Of a DNA stretch of 64,000 nucleotides, positions 11,913-22,186 are shown piece after piece. Origin of the DNA: Alphaproteobacteria bacterium. Lineage in GTDB: Bacteria; Pseudomonadota; Alphaproteobacteria; UBA828. Numbering within the stretch: position 1 is the stretch's first letter; each line of letters begins with the position of its first letter. The stretch covers positions 544,001 through 608,000 of the forward strand of contig CAXXVO010000007.1 in NCBI GenBank assembly GCA_963422645.2. Direction: 5' to 3'. Below the pieces are notes generated by a model that saw only the letters and a list, made by a program, of their open reading frames with translations, was not told the DNA's origin and did no database searches. A program made the translations under genes and the position numbers.

Positions 11913-12356
11913 CGGTGTCGCACTGGCACGAAGACCTCGCCGCCCGTAACGAGGCCTTCTGCTGCCTGAAGGAGCTTCTCGAGCCATCATCCCTCGCAAC
12001 CACTGTCGTCGTTGCCGTCCGGGAATGGGGGCAGGGGCTGCTGCGATCAGCCACCGCGCTCGCCCGGGAAAATGCCGCACTCGAGCAGGAGAACGCGGCC
12101 CTGCGCGAGCGCATCGCCGAACTCGAGCGCAGCGCGGCCCTCAACAGCACCACAAGCAGCAAGCCCCCCGCCAGCGACGGGCTCAAGAAGAAAAGCGGAG
12201 CCCAGAGGCGCACCCAAAGCCAGCGCGGAAAGTCCGGCGGGCCCAGTGGCGGCCAGCCCGGCCACAAGGGAACCACCCTCGCGCGGAGCGACAGCCCGGA
12301 CCGTGTCGTCGATCACCACCCCTCCACCTGTTCCGGCTGTGGCGTCGAGCTCTCGG
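11909..12356 (+). pseudogene. IS66 transposase N-terminal fragment
   Basis: GTG overlaps the MTase stop. Coiled coil, LNSTTSSKPPASDGL, GGQPGHKG and CSGCG, as in 33477..34982. Confidence 0.85.
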
Positions 12357-12506
12357 TGAGCGCGCGCGGTCTTTCAGCGGGGATCGGGGCCTGATCCGCT
12401 CGGATTTGTTGAGGTTTTGGGGCGGGTGCCCCTCGGCGAACTTGCAAGAAGTTCGCCGGGGGGCTTTGTCTCGTGGTGACGGTCACAATCGCCAGAGACG
12501 GCCCCA

Positions 12507-13124
12507 ATGTCGCACAACATTTTCCGCCACTCCATGCTTTGCAACGCCCTGGTCTGGGCCTGGCTGCGCGAGGTCGATGAGGCCGAGGCGGCGCGCTGCC
12601 GCGAGGCGGGCTGCCGACACTGCCCCGGCAAGCTGCACAGCGCGACGTATCCGCGCAAGCCGTACGGTCTGGCAGCCGAGTTGAGGGAAGAGGGCACGCG
12701 GCGGTTCAGCTTCTGCTGCGCGGATTGCCGCCTGCGAGCGACCCCACCATCGGTACGATTCTTCGGGCGCCGCTTTTATCTGGGCGCCCTGTTCGTTCTG
12801 TTGAGTGCACTGGTTCTGAGAGGCGGGGTGCGGTTGCAGACGATCAAGCGGAAGTGGGGGGTCTCGGTCGCCACACTGCGCCGCTGGCGGAAGTGGTGGC
12901 TGGAGGCGTTCCCGGCGACGGAGCCCTGGGGAGCGAAGCGTGGCGAACTGGTGATGCCACCCGAGGAGGTGCCGCTGCTCTTCGTGCTGCGGCAGATGCG
13001 GGGCGGACGCTTCGGTGAGCGTCTGTTCCTGAGCCTGATCTGGTTCAAGCCGTGGACGGGCTATTGCGGGCTCGGCGATGGCTCGGCGCCGCCCGCAGAA
13101 AGTGTTCCTGTCACGCCCGGATAG
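12507..13124 (+). CDS. Transposon accessory protein with putative Zn finger and HTH
   Basis: CRHC...CCADC and GVSVATLRRWR; identical copy at 44961. Confidence 0.75.
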   Translation: MSHNIFRHSMLCNALVWAWLREVDEAEAARCREAGCRHCPGKLHSATYPRKPYGLAAELREEGTRRFSFCCADCRLRATPPSVRFFGRRFYLGALFVLLSALVLRGGVRLQTIKRKWGVSVATLRRWRKWWLEAFPATEPWGAKRGELVMPPEEVPLLFVLRQMRGGRFGERLFLSLIWFKPWTGYCGLGDGSAPPAESVPVTPG

Positions 13125-13173
13125 GGCGTTCTACATGGGCATCTCTCCGATGCGGCGAGGGAGGGATGCCGGA

Positions 13174-14652
13174 ATGGACAAGGACGACGCAGGCGCCAGG
13201 CGCGAGAAGTGGGCCCGGCTGCGCTTTGCGGTGGTGGGGCCGCTTCTGGCTTCACCGCCGCCTGCAGGCCAGCTGGGGGCCGAGTTCGAGCGTCTGTCGC
13301 AGCGCGACTGGGAGCACCCGTCGGGCAAGGGGCCGGTGCGCTTTGCGGCCTCGACGATCGAGCGCTGGTACTACCGGGCGCGGGCAGAGGAGCAGGACCC
13401 GGTCAAGGCGCTGCGCCGGAAGCCTCGGACCGACGTCGGCCGCGAGCGGTCCATGTCGGCGGGGCTGATCGCGGCGCTGCGCGAGCAGTACCGGGTCCAT
13501 CCCTCGTGGGCGGCGCAGCTCCACTACGAGACCCTCAAGGCTCATGTTGCGACCCATCCCGAGCTCGGCCCGATGCCGTCCTACGCGACGCTGACGCGGG
13601 CGATGCGCAATCGCGGCCTGGTGCGCGAGCGCCCCAGGAAGTGGCACGAGGGTGAGGACAAGCCGGCGGTCGAAGCCCGCGAGGTCCTTAGCTACGAGGT
13701 GTCTCGCAGTCACGCGCTGTGGCACGGGGACTTCCACCACGGCAAGCGCCGCGTGCTGACGGCGTCGGGCGAATGGCAGACGCCCATCCTGCTCGGCTTC
13801 CTCGACGACCACTCCAGGCTTGGCTGCCACCTGCAGTGGTACCTGGAGGAGACCGCCGAGGTCTTCGTCCACGGGCTCTGTCAGGCCTTCATGAAGAGGG
13901 ACTTGCCCAGGTCCCTGCTGACCGACAACGGCGGGCCGATGACGGCGGGCGAGGTCGAGGAGGGCTTGCACCGCCTCATCGGCATCGTGGGGGCCACGAC
14001 ACTCGCTTACAGCCCCCATCAAAATGGAAAAATCGAGTCGTTCTGGGGCACGGTCGAGGGCCGCCTGATGGCTCAGCTCGAAGGCGTCGACGCGCTCACC
14101 CTGAAGATGCTCAACGACGCCACCATAGCCTGGCTGGAGCAGGACTACCATCGGCGGGTGCACCGCGAGCTCGGCATGACGCCGCATGAACGCCTCGCCG
14201 GGAGCGTCAAGGCATCGAGGCCCTGCCCCGCCTCGGACGAGCTCAAGGCGGCCTTCCGCATCGCCAGGAAGCGCACGCTCAGGCGCTCGGACGGCACCGT
14301 CTCGGTCGAGGGCATCCGCTACCAGGTGCCACAGCCGTGGCGCCACCTGAGGACGCTCTGGGTCCGCTATGCGCGCTGGGACCTCAGCGGCGTCGATCTG
14401 GTGGAAGGCCGAAGCGGCGAGCGGCTGTGCACGCTGTACCCCCTCGACAAGCGCGGCAACGCCGATGGCGTCCGCCGTCCTGCGAGACCCGGCAGCGACC
14501 ATGGCGGCGCCAGCGCGGGCGTCGGCGAACTTCCGCCGCTGCTCAAGGGCGTGCTCGACGCCCAGGCCGCAACAGGCCTGCCGCCGGCCTGGGTACCCCA
14601 TAACAAGACGCCCGGTCCGGGCGAGGACGACGATCAGGGAGATCCGTCATGA
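13174..14652 (+). CDS. DDE transposase (rve core, Mu/IS481-like, Mu-type C-terminal domain)
   Basis: LWHGDFH, LDDHSR, LTDNGG, QNGKIESFW, HRELGMTP and RSDGTVSVEGIRY motifs. Confidence 0.92.
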   Translation: MDKDDAGARREKWARLRFAVVGPLLASPPPAGQLGAEFERLSQRDWEHPSGKGPVRFAASTIERWYYRARAEEQDPVKALRRKPRTDVGRERSMSAGLIAALREQYRVHPSWAAQLHYETLKAHVATHPELGPMPSYATLTRAMRNRGLVRERPRKWHEGEDKPAVEAREVLSYEVSRSHALWHGDFHHGKRRVLTASGEWQTPILLGFLDDHSRLGCHLQWYLEETAEVFVHGLCQAFMKRDLPRSLLTDNGGPMTAGEVEEGLHRLIGIVGATTLAYSPHQNGKIESFWGTVEGRLMAQLEGVDALTLKMLNDATIAWLEQDYHRRVHRELGMTPHERLAGSVKASRPCPASDELKAAFRIARKRTLRRSDGTVSVEGIRYQVPQPWRHLRTLWVRYARWDLSGVDLVEGRSGERLCTLYPLDKRGNADGVRRPARPGSDHGGASAGVGELPPLLKGVLDAQAATGLPPAWVPHNKTPGPGEDDDQGDPS

Positions 14653-15482
14653 ACCGCGAGCTGCTCACCTTCTACGGGCTCAAATGGAACCCCTTCGCCA
14701 CCGACCTTCCGGTCGACAGCCTCATGGTGAGCCCCGCCGTCGACAGCTTCTGCCTCAGAATCGAGCATCATCTTGTGCGCCAGGGCGGCTTCGCGTTGAT
14801 CGCCGGCGAGCCCGGCACCGGAAAGAGCGTGGCGTTGCGCGTGCTCGCCGACCGCCTCGGCCGCTCGGACGGGCTCAGGGTCTGTGCCATCACCCACCCC
14901 TCTTCCAGGCTGTCCGACTTCTACCGCGAGATCGGCGGGATGTTCGGCGTCGACCTGATGTACAACAACCGCTGGGCCAGCTTCAAAAACCTGCGCGAGC
15001 GATGGCTCACCCATGTCGACGACACCCGCATGCGGCCCGTGGTGCTCATCGACGAGGCCCAGGAGCTGCTGCCCTCGGTGATCTCCGAGATCCGCCTGCT
15101 GGCGTCCACCGACTTCGACTCGCGCGCCATCCTCTCGGTCGTCTTCGCCGGCGACAGCCGCCTGATCGACAGGCTCCGCCAGCCCGACTTGCAGCCCATC
15201 GCCTCGCGCCTGCGCCAGCGCCTGGTCATGACCCAGGCAGACGCCGGCGACCTCGCGGCCCTGCTCGACCATCTGGTCGAGCAGGCCGGCAATCCGGGCC
15301 TCATGAGCGCAGAGCTCAAGGACACCCTGGTCACCCACGCCGGCGGCAACCCCAGGGCGCTTACCGTCATGGGCGACATGCTGCTCGCCGCCGGCGCCGA
15401 GAAGAACCGCGAGGTTCTCGACGAGAAGCTCTTCATGGAGATCCTGGGCGAGCCCGCCAAGCCGAAGAGGGCACGGCGGTGA
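14649..15482 (+). CDS. ExeA-family AAA ATPase (MuB/TnsC-like helper)
   Basis: FYGLKWNPF, GEPGTGKS, VLIDEAQ and GGNPR; start overlaps the transposase stop. Confidence 0.9.
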   Translation: MNRELLTFYGLKWNPFATDLPVDSLMVSPAVDSFCLRIEHHLVRQGGFALIAGEPGTGKSVALRVLADRLGRSDGLRVCAITHPSSRLSDFYREIGGMFGVDLMYNNRWASFKNLRERWLTHVDDTRMRPVVLIDEAQELLPSVISEIRLLASTDFDSRAILSVVFAGDSRLIDRLRQPDLQPIASRLRQRLVMTQADAGDLAALLDHLVEQAGNPGLMSAELKDTLVTHAGGNPRALTVMGDMLLAAGAEKNREVLDEKLFMEILGEPAKPKRARR

Positions 15483-15770
15483 AGGGCTTCCCGACACGGG
15501 CGCCGATGCAGCTCGAGGATCGCCCCCGGGCGCAACAGTGGATGGTGGACACGCTGTGGGCCGAGCAGGCCGTGGGCATCGTCGGCGGCGAGCCCAAGTG
15601 CGGCAAATCCCTGCTCGCGCTCGATCTCGCCGTCGCCGTGGCCACCGGCGTCCCATGCCTGCGCCACTACCGCCCCAGCGCAAGCGGCACCGTGCTGCTC
15701 TTCGCCGCCGAGGACGCCGGCCACAGGGTGCGCAAGCGTCTGCAGGGGATCGCCCGCGCCGCCGCCACCC
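15479..15770 (+). pseudogene. AAA_25/RepA-like helicase, 5' fragment
   Basis: GGEPKCGKS and AAED; identical to the start of 50094..51092; cut by IS21-A. Confidence 0.85.
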
Positions 15771-15889
15771 TGTTGTTAAGCGTGGAAAAGTGACCCCCTA
15801 TTGGGGGTGATCGGCGTCCAAAATTGACCCCCTTGGATTTGTGTCCATGAACACACCTCGTCGTTTGGACGGACGGGGTGGTGGGGGAG

Positions 15890-17404
15890 ATGCTGGTTGT
15901 GGAAACGATCGCGAAGATCCGTCGGGATCATCTGGTGAAGGGCGTTCCGATCAAGAAGCTCGCCCGGGATTTGAGGGTTTCCAAGAACACGATACGCAAG
16001 GTGGTGCGGGGCGATGCGACCTCGCACAGCTACGAGCGCAAGATCCAGCCGATGCCGAAGCTTGGGCTGTGGGTGGAGGAGCTTGAGCGCCAGCTGAAGG
16101 CCAACGAGAAGAAGGCACGCAAGGATCGGCTGTCTCTTCTGCGGATTCATGAAGACCTTGTGTCGCTGGGCTACAAGGGCGGCTATGACGCGGTTCGCCG
16201 CTATGCCAGGGCCTGGCGGCGCCGGTGGCGGCTGTTGTCGCCGGCGCAGGCCTATGTGCCGCTGATCTTCGATCCCGGCGAGGCCTACCAGTTCGACTGG
16301 AGCCACGAGTACGCGCGTCTGTCGGGCGCGACGACCAGGGTGAAGGCGGCGCACATGCGGCTGTGCCACAGCCGGATGTATCTGGTCCAGATCTTTCCCC
16401 GCGAGAGCCAGGAGATGGTCTTCGAGGCGCACGAGCGTGCCTTCCGCTTCTTCGGCGGGGTCTGCCGGCGGGGCATCTACGACAACATGAAGACGGCGGT
16501 GAGCACGATCTTCGTGGGCAAGAAGCGGGACTACAACCGCCGCTTCCAGGAGCTGTGCTCGCACCATCTGGTGGAGCCTGTGGCGTGCACGCCAGGGGCT
16601 GGCTGGGAGAAGGGGCAGGTCGAGAAGCAGGTGGGTGACCTTCGCGGCCGCCTGTTCGTGCCCATCCCGCGGGGCCGCTCCTACGCCGAGATCAACGAGT
16701 GGCTGATGGATCGGTGCATCGAGGACGCCAAGAAGCATCCGCATCCGACAATCCCGGGCAAGACGGTGTGGCAGGTGTTCGAGGAGGAGCAGCCCTTCCT
16801 GATGGCGTATCGCGGCCCCTTCGACGGCTTCCATGCCAGCGAGGTGTCGGTCTCGAAGACCTGTCTGGTGCGCTTCGACAACAACCAGTACAGCGTCGCG
16901 GCCCGCGCCGTCGGCCGGCCGGTGGACGTGCGGGCCTATGCCGATCGGATCGTCATCCGCCAGGACGGCGAGACCGTTGCCGAGCACCCCCGCAGCTTCG
17001 GGCGCGGCCGGTTCGTCTACGATCCGTGGCATTACGTGCCGATCCTGACGCGGAAGCCCGGCGCGCTACGCAATGGCGCGCCCTTCAAGGACTGGCAGTT
17101 GCCCAACGCGCTCGGCCGCCTGCGAACCCGGCTCGCGGGCCACGACGACGGCGACCGGCAGTTCGTCAAGGTGCTCGCGGCGGTGCTGGAGGACGGACTG
17201 GAGGCGGTTGAGGCGGCCTGTGCCGAGACGCTCGACTGCGGTGCCTGCAGCGCCGACGTGGTGCTCAACATCCTCGCCCGGCAGCGCCAGCCGGCACCGC
17301 CGGCAATCATCCCGACGCCCGAGGGCCTGCAGCTTCGCCACAAGCCGGTAGCCGACTGTCAGCGCTACGACAGCCTGAGGGAGGCCGGTCATGGAGCGTC
17401 ATGA
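15890..17404 (+). CDS. istA: IS21 transposase
   Basis: [17 protein letters not shown] and WEKGQVE motifs. Confidence 0.95.
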   Translation: MLVVETIAKIRRDHLVKGVPIKKLARDLRVSKNTIRKVVRGDATSHSYERKIQPMPKLGLWVEELERQLKANEKKARKDRLSLLRIHEDLVSLGYKGGYDAVRRYARAWRRRWRLLSPAQAYVPLIFDPGEAYQFDWSHEYARLSGATTRVKAAHMRLCHSRMYLVQIFPRESQEMVFEAHERAFRFFGGVCRRGIYDNMKTAVSTIFVGKKRDYNRRFQELCSHHLVEPVACTPGAGWEKGQVEKQVGDLRGRLFVPIPRGRSYAEINEWLMDRCIEDAKKHPHPTIPGKTVWQVFEEEQPFLMAYRGPFDGFHASEVSVSKTCLVRFDNNQYSVAARAVGRPVDVRAYADRIVIRQDGETVAEHPRSFGRGRFVYDPWHYVPILTRKPGALRNGAPFKDWQLPNALGRLRTRLAGHDDGDRQFVKVLAAVLEDGLEAVEAACAETLDCGACSADVVLNILARQRQPAPPAIIPTPEGLQLRHKPVADCQRYDSLREAGHGAS

Positions 17405-18119
17405 TGTGCTGGAGATGATGACCCAGCTGAAGCTCGCAGGTATGCGCGCCGCTTACGACGACATCCTTGCCGACGGGCTCAAGCGCCGCCATCCGGTGCA
17501 ACAGATCATCGGTACGCTGCTGCAGGTCGAGATCGCCGACAAGAGGGCCCGCTCGATCAAGTACCAGATGGCCTCCGCCAAGCTGCCGACGGTCAAGGAG
17601 CTGGCCGACTTCGACTTCGCCGCCTCGCCGGTCAACGAGCCCCTGATCCAGGAGCTCGCCGGCGGCGGCTTCCTCGAGGGCAAACGCAACATCGTGCTGG
17701 TCGGCGGCACCGGTACCGGCAAGACCCATCTCGCCGTCGCCATCGCGCGGTCCTGCATCCGCAAGGGCGCGCGCGGCCGGTGCTACAACGTCGTCGACCT
17801 GGTCAACCTCCTCGAGGCCGAGCTTCGCGCCGGACGCCAGGGCCGCACTGCAGACCAGCTCGTCCGCCGCGACTTCGTCATCCTCGACGAGCTCGGCTAC
17901 CTGCCCTTCGCCCAGGCCGGTGGGCAGCTGCTCTTCCATCTGATGAGCCGGCTCTACGAGCGCACCTCGATCGTCATCACCACAAACCTCGCCTTCGGCG
18001 AATGGCCATCCGTCTTCGGCGACCCCAAGATGACCACAGCGCTGCTCGATCGCCTCACCCATCATTGCGAGATCATCGAGACCGGCAACGAGAGCTGGCG
18101 CTTCAAGAACCGCTCCTGA
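17391..18119 (+). CDS. istB: IS21 helper ATPase
   Basis: [16 protein letters not shown] and LLDRLTHH motifs. Confidence 0.95.
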   Translation: MERHDVLEMMTQLKLAGMRAAYDDILADGLKRRHPVQQIIGTLLQVEIADKRARSIKYQMASAKLPTVKELADFDFAASPVNEPLIQELAGGGFLEGKRNIVLVGGTGTGKTHLAVAIARSCIRKGARGRCYNVVDLVNLLEAELRAGRQGRTADQLVRRDFVILDELGYLPFAQAGGQLLFHLMSRLYERTSIVITTNLAFGEWPSVFGDPKMTTALLDRLTHHCEIIETGNESWRFKNRS

Positions 18120-18145
18120 CCCGCCGCCGGCCTCCCTTGCGGCCC

Positions 18146-18262
18146 GGTTGCCCCGGTGGGCCAACAGGGACCCCCCACGCGGCTTCGCTCCGCGTAGCGC
18201 AGGGCGCCACACGAAGCCGCGCGGGTCCCCCCTATTGGCTACCGGGACAACCTCCGCCGTGC
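18146..18262. repeat. Long imperfect hairpin in the IS21-A 3' non-coding end (also about 52175-52291)
   Basis: GGTTG.CCCGGT..GCCAA.AGGG..CGCGGCTTCG pairs with CGAAGCCGCG..CCCT.TTGGC.ACCGGG.CAACC. Confidence 0.75.
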
Positions 18263-18321
18263 CACTCAGGGGGGTCAATTTTGCACGCCGATCGGGGGTC
18301 AGTATTGAAAGCCGATTGACA

Positions 18322-19480
18322 GCCGGATCGCCGCGAGCTGCGCCAGAAGCGCCGCCTGCTCCTCGATCGCGGCCTCCAGGCGGCGGCGCGCCTCATCCTC
18401 CAGCGCGCGCTCCTTCGCAAGCGCCTCTGCATCCTCCAGCGCCTTGTGCGGGGGATCGCCGGGAAAGCTTGGCCACGCGCCACCCGCGGATTCCATGAGA
18501 CCGTTCATCGCCGCGACGCAGCGAACGAGCAGGGCGTGGCTCTCCAGCCGCTCCTGCGCGGTGGTGACGAGCGCCGCGCCGTCCTGCACTCGGGTAAGTT
18601 GGGGACTCCCGCCGTCGGCCAGCATCGCTTCGCCGGTCGCGTGCAGCGCCCGTTCGGCCTCCGTCAGCGGGGCGTAGCCCGGAAGGTCGACGATCGAGAC
18701 GTTCTCTCCGGTCGCGGCCTCCGCCCGCAGCGCATCCCAGCGCGCCCCGTGCGCCTCGGCGCTCGCGAGGAAGGCGTCGACCTCGCGGCAGCGGCGGTCG
18801 TAGTCCAGAATCGCCCTGGCCCCCCGGGCCGCCGCCTCGGGAAGACCGGGCCGCGCCAAGAGCGCCCCAGCCTTGTCGGCAAGCTCGTTCCATTCCGGCA
18901 GATCGAACGTCGCCGTGCCCTCCGCGCGCGCCCGTTCCGCGATGCCGCCGTGCATCGCGCACAACTCAGCCCATGCCTCGTCGTGGCCGCGCAGATCCCC
19001 GAGCCGATCCAGATCGGCTTCGAGCGCCGCCTTGCCGACCGCGGGACGATCGAGATGGGGGTCCCGGGTATCCGGCTCGTCGCGCATCGCCTGCCAGCGT
19101 TCTGCCGCCGCCTCGCAGCGCGCAGACCAGACGGCATAGTCCGCGTCCCTGGTGTAAGGGACCAGCTGGTCCTCCGGAACCTCGCTGAGGGCGGCCTCCA
19201 TCTCGCCACGCTCCTCCAGAAGTTGGGTCGCTTCGGCGCGCAGCGCCACGATCTCCGCGCGGCGCCGTTCGCACGCCTTTGCGTCGGCGATGACCTCCCC
19301 GGCCGCTTCCAGGGCATGTGCCGGCAGGTCCGCCATTCCCGCCAGCGCCCTGGCGCTTTCGAGGAGCGCGTCGTGGCCCTCGGCGTAGTACGGGATCGTG
19401 TCCTCCGCCGCCGCCCATGCCGTGACCTCGTCCCGCAGCGTCTCAAAGGCGCGGTGCGCATCGTCGAGGGCGTGCAGGGC
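18322..19480 (-). pseudogene. Internal fragment of a large Ala/Glu/Arg-rich helical protein (possibly a relaxase C-terminal region)
   Basis: About 380 open codons with protein-like composition, cut by the IS110 fragment and IS21-A; no diagnostic motif. Confidence 0.5.
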
Positions 19481-20472
19481 AGGGAGCTGACCGAGGACCG
19501 CTCCCGCTGCGTCCTGCACATGCAGAAGGCGCTGACCGAGATGAACGTCAAGCTCGACTCGGTGATCGCCAACATCACGGGACTGACCGGCCAGCGCATC
19601 CTGCGCGCGATCGTCGACGGCGAGCGTGACCCGGAGCGCCTGGCGACGCTCCGCCACCGGGCATCAAGGCCGACGCCGATACGATCGCCGCGAGCCTTCA
19701 GGGGACGTGGCGCGAGGAGCATCTCTTCGCCCTCGAACAGGCCATGCAGCGCTACGACTTCCTGAGCCAGCAGATCGACGCCTGCGAGGCCCGGGTGATG
19801 GCCGAGGTCGAGCGCCTGACACCGCCGGACGATCCCCCGGACGGCGGCGCGCCGGACCCTGTCCCCGGCACGACCTCGGACACCGCGTCGGGCTGCTCCG
19901 CGAACGCCGCAAGCAACGACACCGGCAAGGAGGGCATCCAGGCCCTGGCGTTGCGCAAGATGATGGGCGTCGACCTCACTGCGATCCCCACCGTCGGTCC
20001 CGGTACCGCACTGGTGATCGCCTCGGAGATCGGCCCGGACTTCTCCGCCTTCCCCTCCGCTCAGCACTTCTGCTCCTGGCTTGCGCTCGCGCCGGGAACC
20101 AGGATCAGCGGCGGCAAGAACCTCCCCGGCACGTTCCCGAAGGCGGTCAACCCCGTCGGACAGGCCCTGCGCATGGCGGCCATGGCCGCGCGCCGCAGCC
20201 AGACCTTCATCGGCGCCAAGCACCGGGCCCGGCTCGCCCGAATGGACACCCCCGTCGCGATCAAGGCGACCGCCCGCGAACTCGCCTGCCTGATCTACCT
20301 GATGGTGACCGAAGACCAGGAATACGTCGAGCAGGGCATCGACGGCTACGAGAAGCGGCGCCTCAACAGAAAGTTCGCTCATCTCGACCGCCAAGCCCAA
20401 AAGCTCGGCTTTCAACTCGTCCCGAAAACGCAAGGAGAGGAAAAACAGAACCCAATGCTGTCAATCGCTTAG
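19480..20472 (+). pseudogene. IS110-family transposase, 5'-truncated and frameshifted near 19660
   Basis: HMQKALTEMNVKLDSVIANITGLTGQRIL, EIGPDFSAFPSAQHFCSWLALAPGTRISGGK and AIKATARELA. Confidence 0.88.
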
Positions 20473-20931
20473 GCAGCTGTTACTCAAGAGCACGCTTTGT
20501 TGACCCCCCGAAATCCAGCCAGATCAATGGATTGCCGCGCCGATCGGCGCCGAACCCGCGCGCCGATCAACAGACTGGGCTCCAGCAGCGCTAGAAGACC
20601 TCCTTGGCGTGGATACCGCTTTCGCTTCATGCCGCTCTCCCCCGCTTGGGTCGGAGTGCGACAATAAGACTGCGTCGAGGAGAGAGCAGAGGTCACACAG
20701 AGCGGACAATGAGATACCCGGACAGTCCCTGATCGACGCCGTCGCGGCCGACGGCTCGCACATCCACGTCGGGATCTGTGCCAACGTTCCGTACGACTGC
20801 CGGACAACCAACATCGTCACGCCGCGAAAGCAGTGACGACGGATGACGTCGACCGACTGGCCGCTACGAGGGTGAAAGGGGTAGTGGATCGTCGCTACGG
20901 CACCCTGAACATGGGCAGTATGAGACTGGAT

Positions 20932-21636
20932 CGACCGGCACCGGCAAGACCCATGTCGCCCTGGGGCTCGGGCTGGCCGCCTGCCAGAGGGGCCTCTCTA
21001 CGGGCTTCACCACGGCCGCCGCGCTCGTGCACGAGTTGATGGAAGCCCGCGACGAGCGCCGCCTCCTGCGGCTCCAGAAGCAGATGGTCGCCTGCAAACT
21101 GCTGATCATCGACGAGTTGGGCTTCGTGCCGCTGAGCAAGACTGGCGCCGAGCTTCTGTTCGAGCTGATCTCGCAGCGCTACCAGCGGGGCGCCACGCTC
21201 ATCACCTCCAACCTCCCTTTCGACGAATGGACCGAGACCTTCGGCACCGAGCGCCTGACTGGGGCACTGCTCGACCGTCTCACCCATCACGTCAATATCC
21301 TCGAGATGAACGGCGACAGCTACCGCCTCAGCCAAAGCCGCGCCCGCAGAAACAGGGCCGATAGCTGAACTGCAGCACGCAGCCGATCGGCCCCGGCCTG
21401 CAACGCGCCCCTGAGGCCCGGGTGGCGAGACCAACCCCAACCCGATAAACCATGCCGCCCTGCGGGCGGCCGGCGGGCGCGGACCGCTTGAGCTCTGCAT
21501 GGCTCCGCTGCCCGCTCCCGCCGAAAAGCCCTCGCACCGCGTCTCCGACTCCCAGCCTCACGCCAAGGTCAGACCACCAGCCCAGGTGGCAGTCTTTTGC
21601 GCCGCCCTTTGGCCGAATCTTCAACCGTCGTTGACA
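20932..21636 (+). mobile_element. istB: IS21 remnant: 3' half of istB (to 21368) plus right end
   Basis: TGTGKTHVALGLG...IIDELGFVP; ends CGTTGACA; related to IS21-B at 35175. Confidence 0.85.
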
Positions 21637-21719
21637 GGCGCCAACGCACTCATACGACATTGATGCTGTCAGCATACTGATCGATGCATGATCGTCTCGA
21701 AGTCGAGGCAGCGCGTTGG

Positions 21720-22186
21720 TCATTGTCCGGCTAGGCGGTCCGGTGCAATTGGCAGCGGTAACGGCGAGGGATCCACGAAGCGCCCAAGAACGTTGCCCAC
21801 CATGCGGGACACATTATTGTCGTAGTTGTTCCAGGGTAAGCTGCTAATGAAAGCGATGGAGCCGACCGAGAAAACCGCGCCGCCATTGGGTGTCTCGTAG
21901 AATACGATGTCGGCACGCACCATGTCATTGTCGATTCCGCTGATCGACGCGGATGACATGATTATTTCCTCGACCACCAGTAGGTAAAGAGGCCCATGGT
22001 TTTCCGAAGATGCCAGTACCAGAGCATGGGGCGGCGTGCCAAGGCGTTGATCAGCGCGGTCAATCTCGTTGCCAGCTGCCCCCCCGCCGTGATAGCCGAA
22101 GTCGCCGATCAGCTCGTCATCGCCGATGCCTTCGAAGATAAACCCTGCTCGAGGATCAAAGCTGTCCTCTGTCCGTCGGTAATAAG
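21720..22186 (-). pseudogene. N,N-dimethylformamidase large-subunit family, C-terminal fragment
   Basis: SYYRR..FIFEGIGDDELIGDFG..GAAGNEID..LGTPPHALVLASS..RADIVFYETPNGGAVFSVGSI. Confidence 0.8.

Larger units (their letters stand above)
11105..12356 (+). mobile_element. IS66-family element, left part, carrying a DNA methyltransferase; truncated by the insertion at 12357
   Basis: Starts GTAACTACCCAGGT, 13/14 identical to the IS66 end at 33363 (GTAACTGCCCAGGT). Followed by the MTase and an IS66 transposase N-terminus. Confidence 0.75.
12357..15770 (+). mobile_element. Transposase/ATPase/helicase/primase transposon, copy 1 (3' part lost at IS21-A)
   Basis: Near-identical to the copy starting at 44811 from the TGAGCGCGCGC end; stops inside the helicase gene. 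Confidence 0.9.
15771..18321 (+). mobile_element. IS21-family element IS21-A, copy 1 (2551 bp)
   Basis: Ends TGTTGTTAAGCG and GCCGATTGACA with repeated AAAATTGACCCC-type sites; istA-istB; no TSD. Confidence 0.95.

Noticed and set aside
19480-20600. IS110 bridge RNA
   Set aside because: The 5' half and left end are missing, and I could not define a structured RNA in the short 3' flank.
20490-20930. Short IS-like scraps (MKRKRY start on the minus strand, an IS-end-like stretch)
   Set aside because: Too short to assign from sequence alone.
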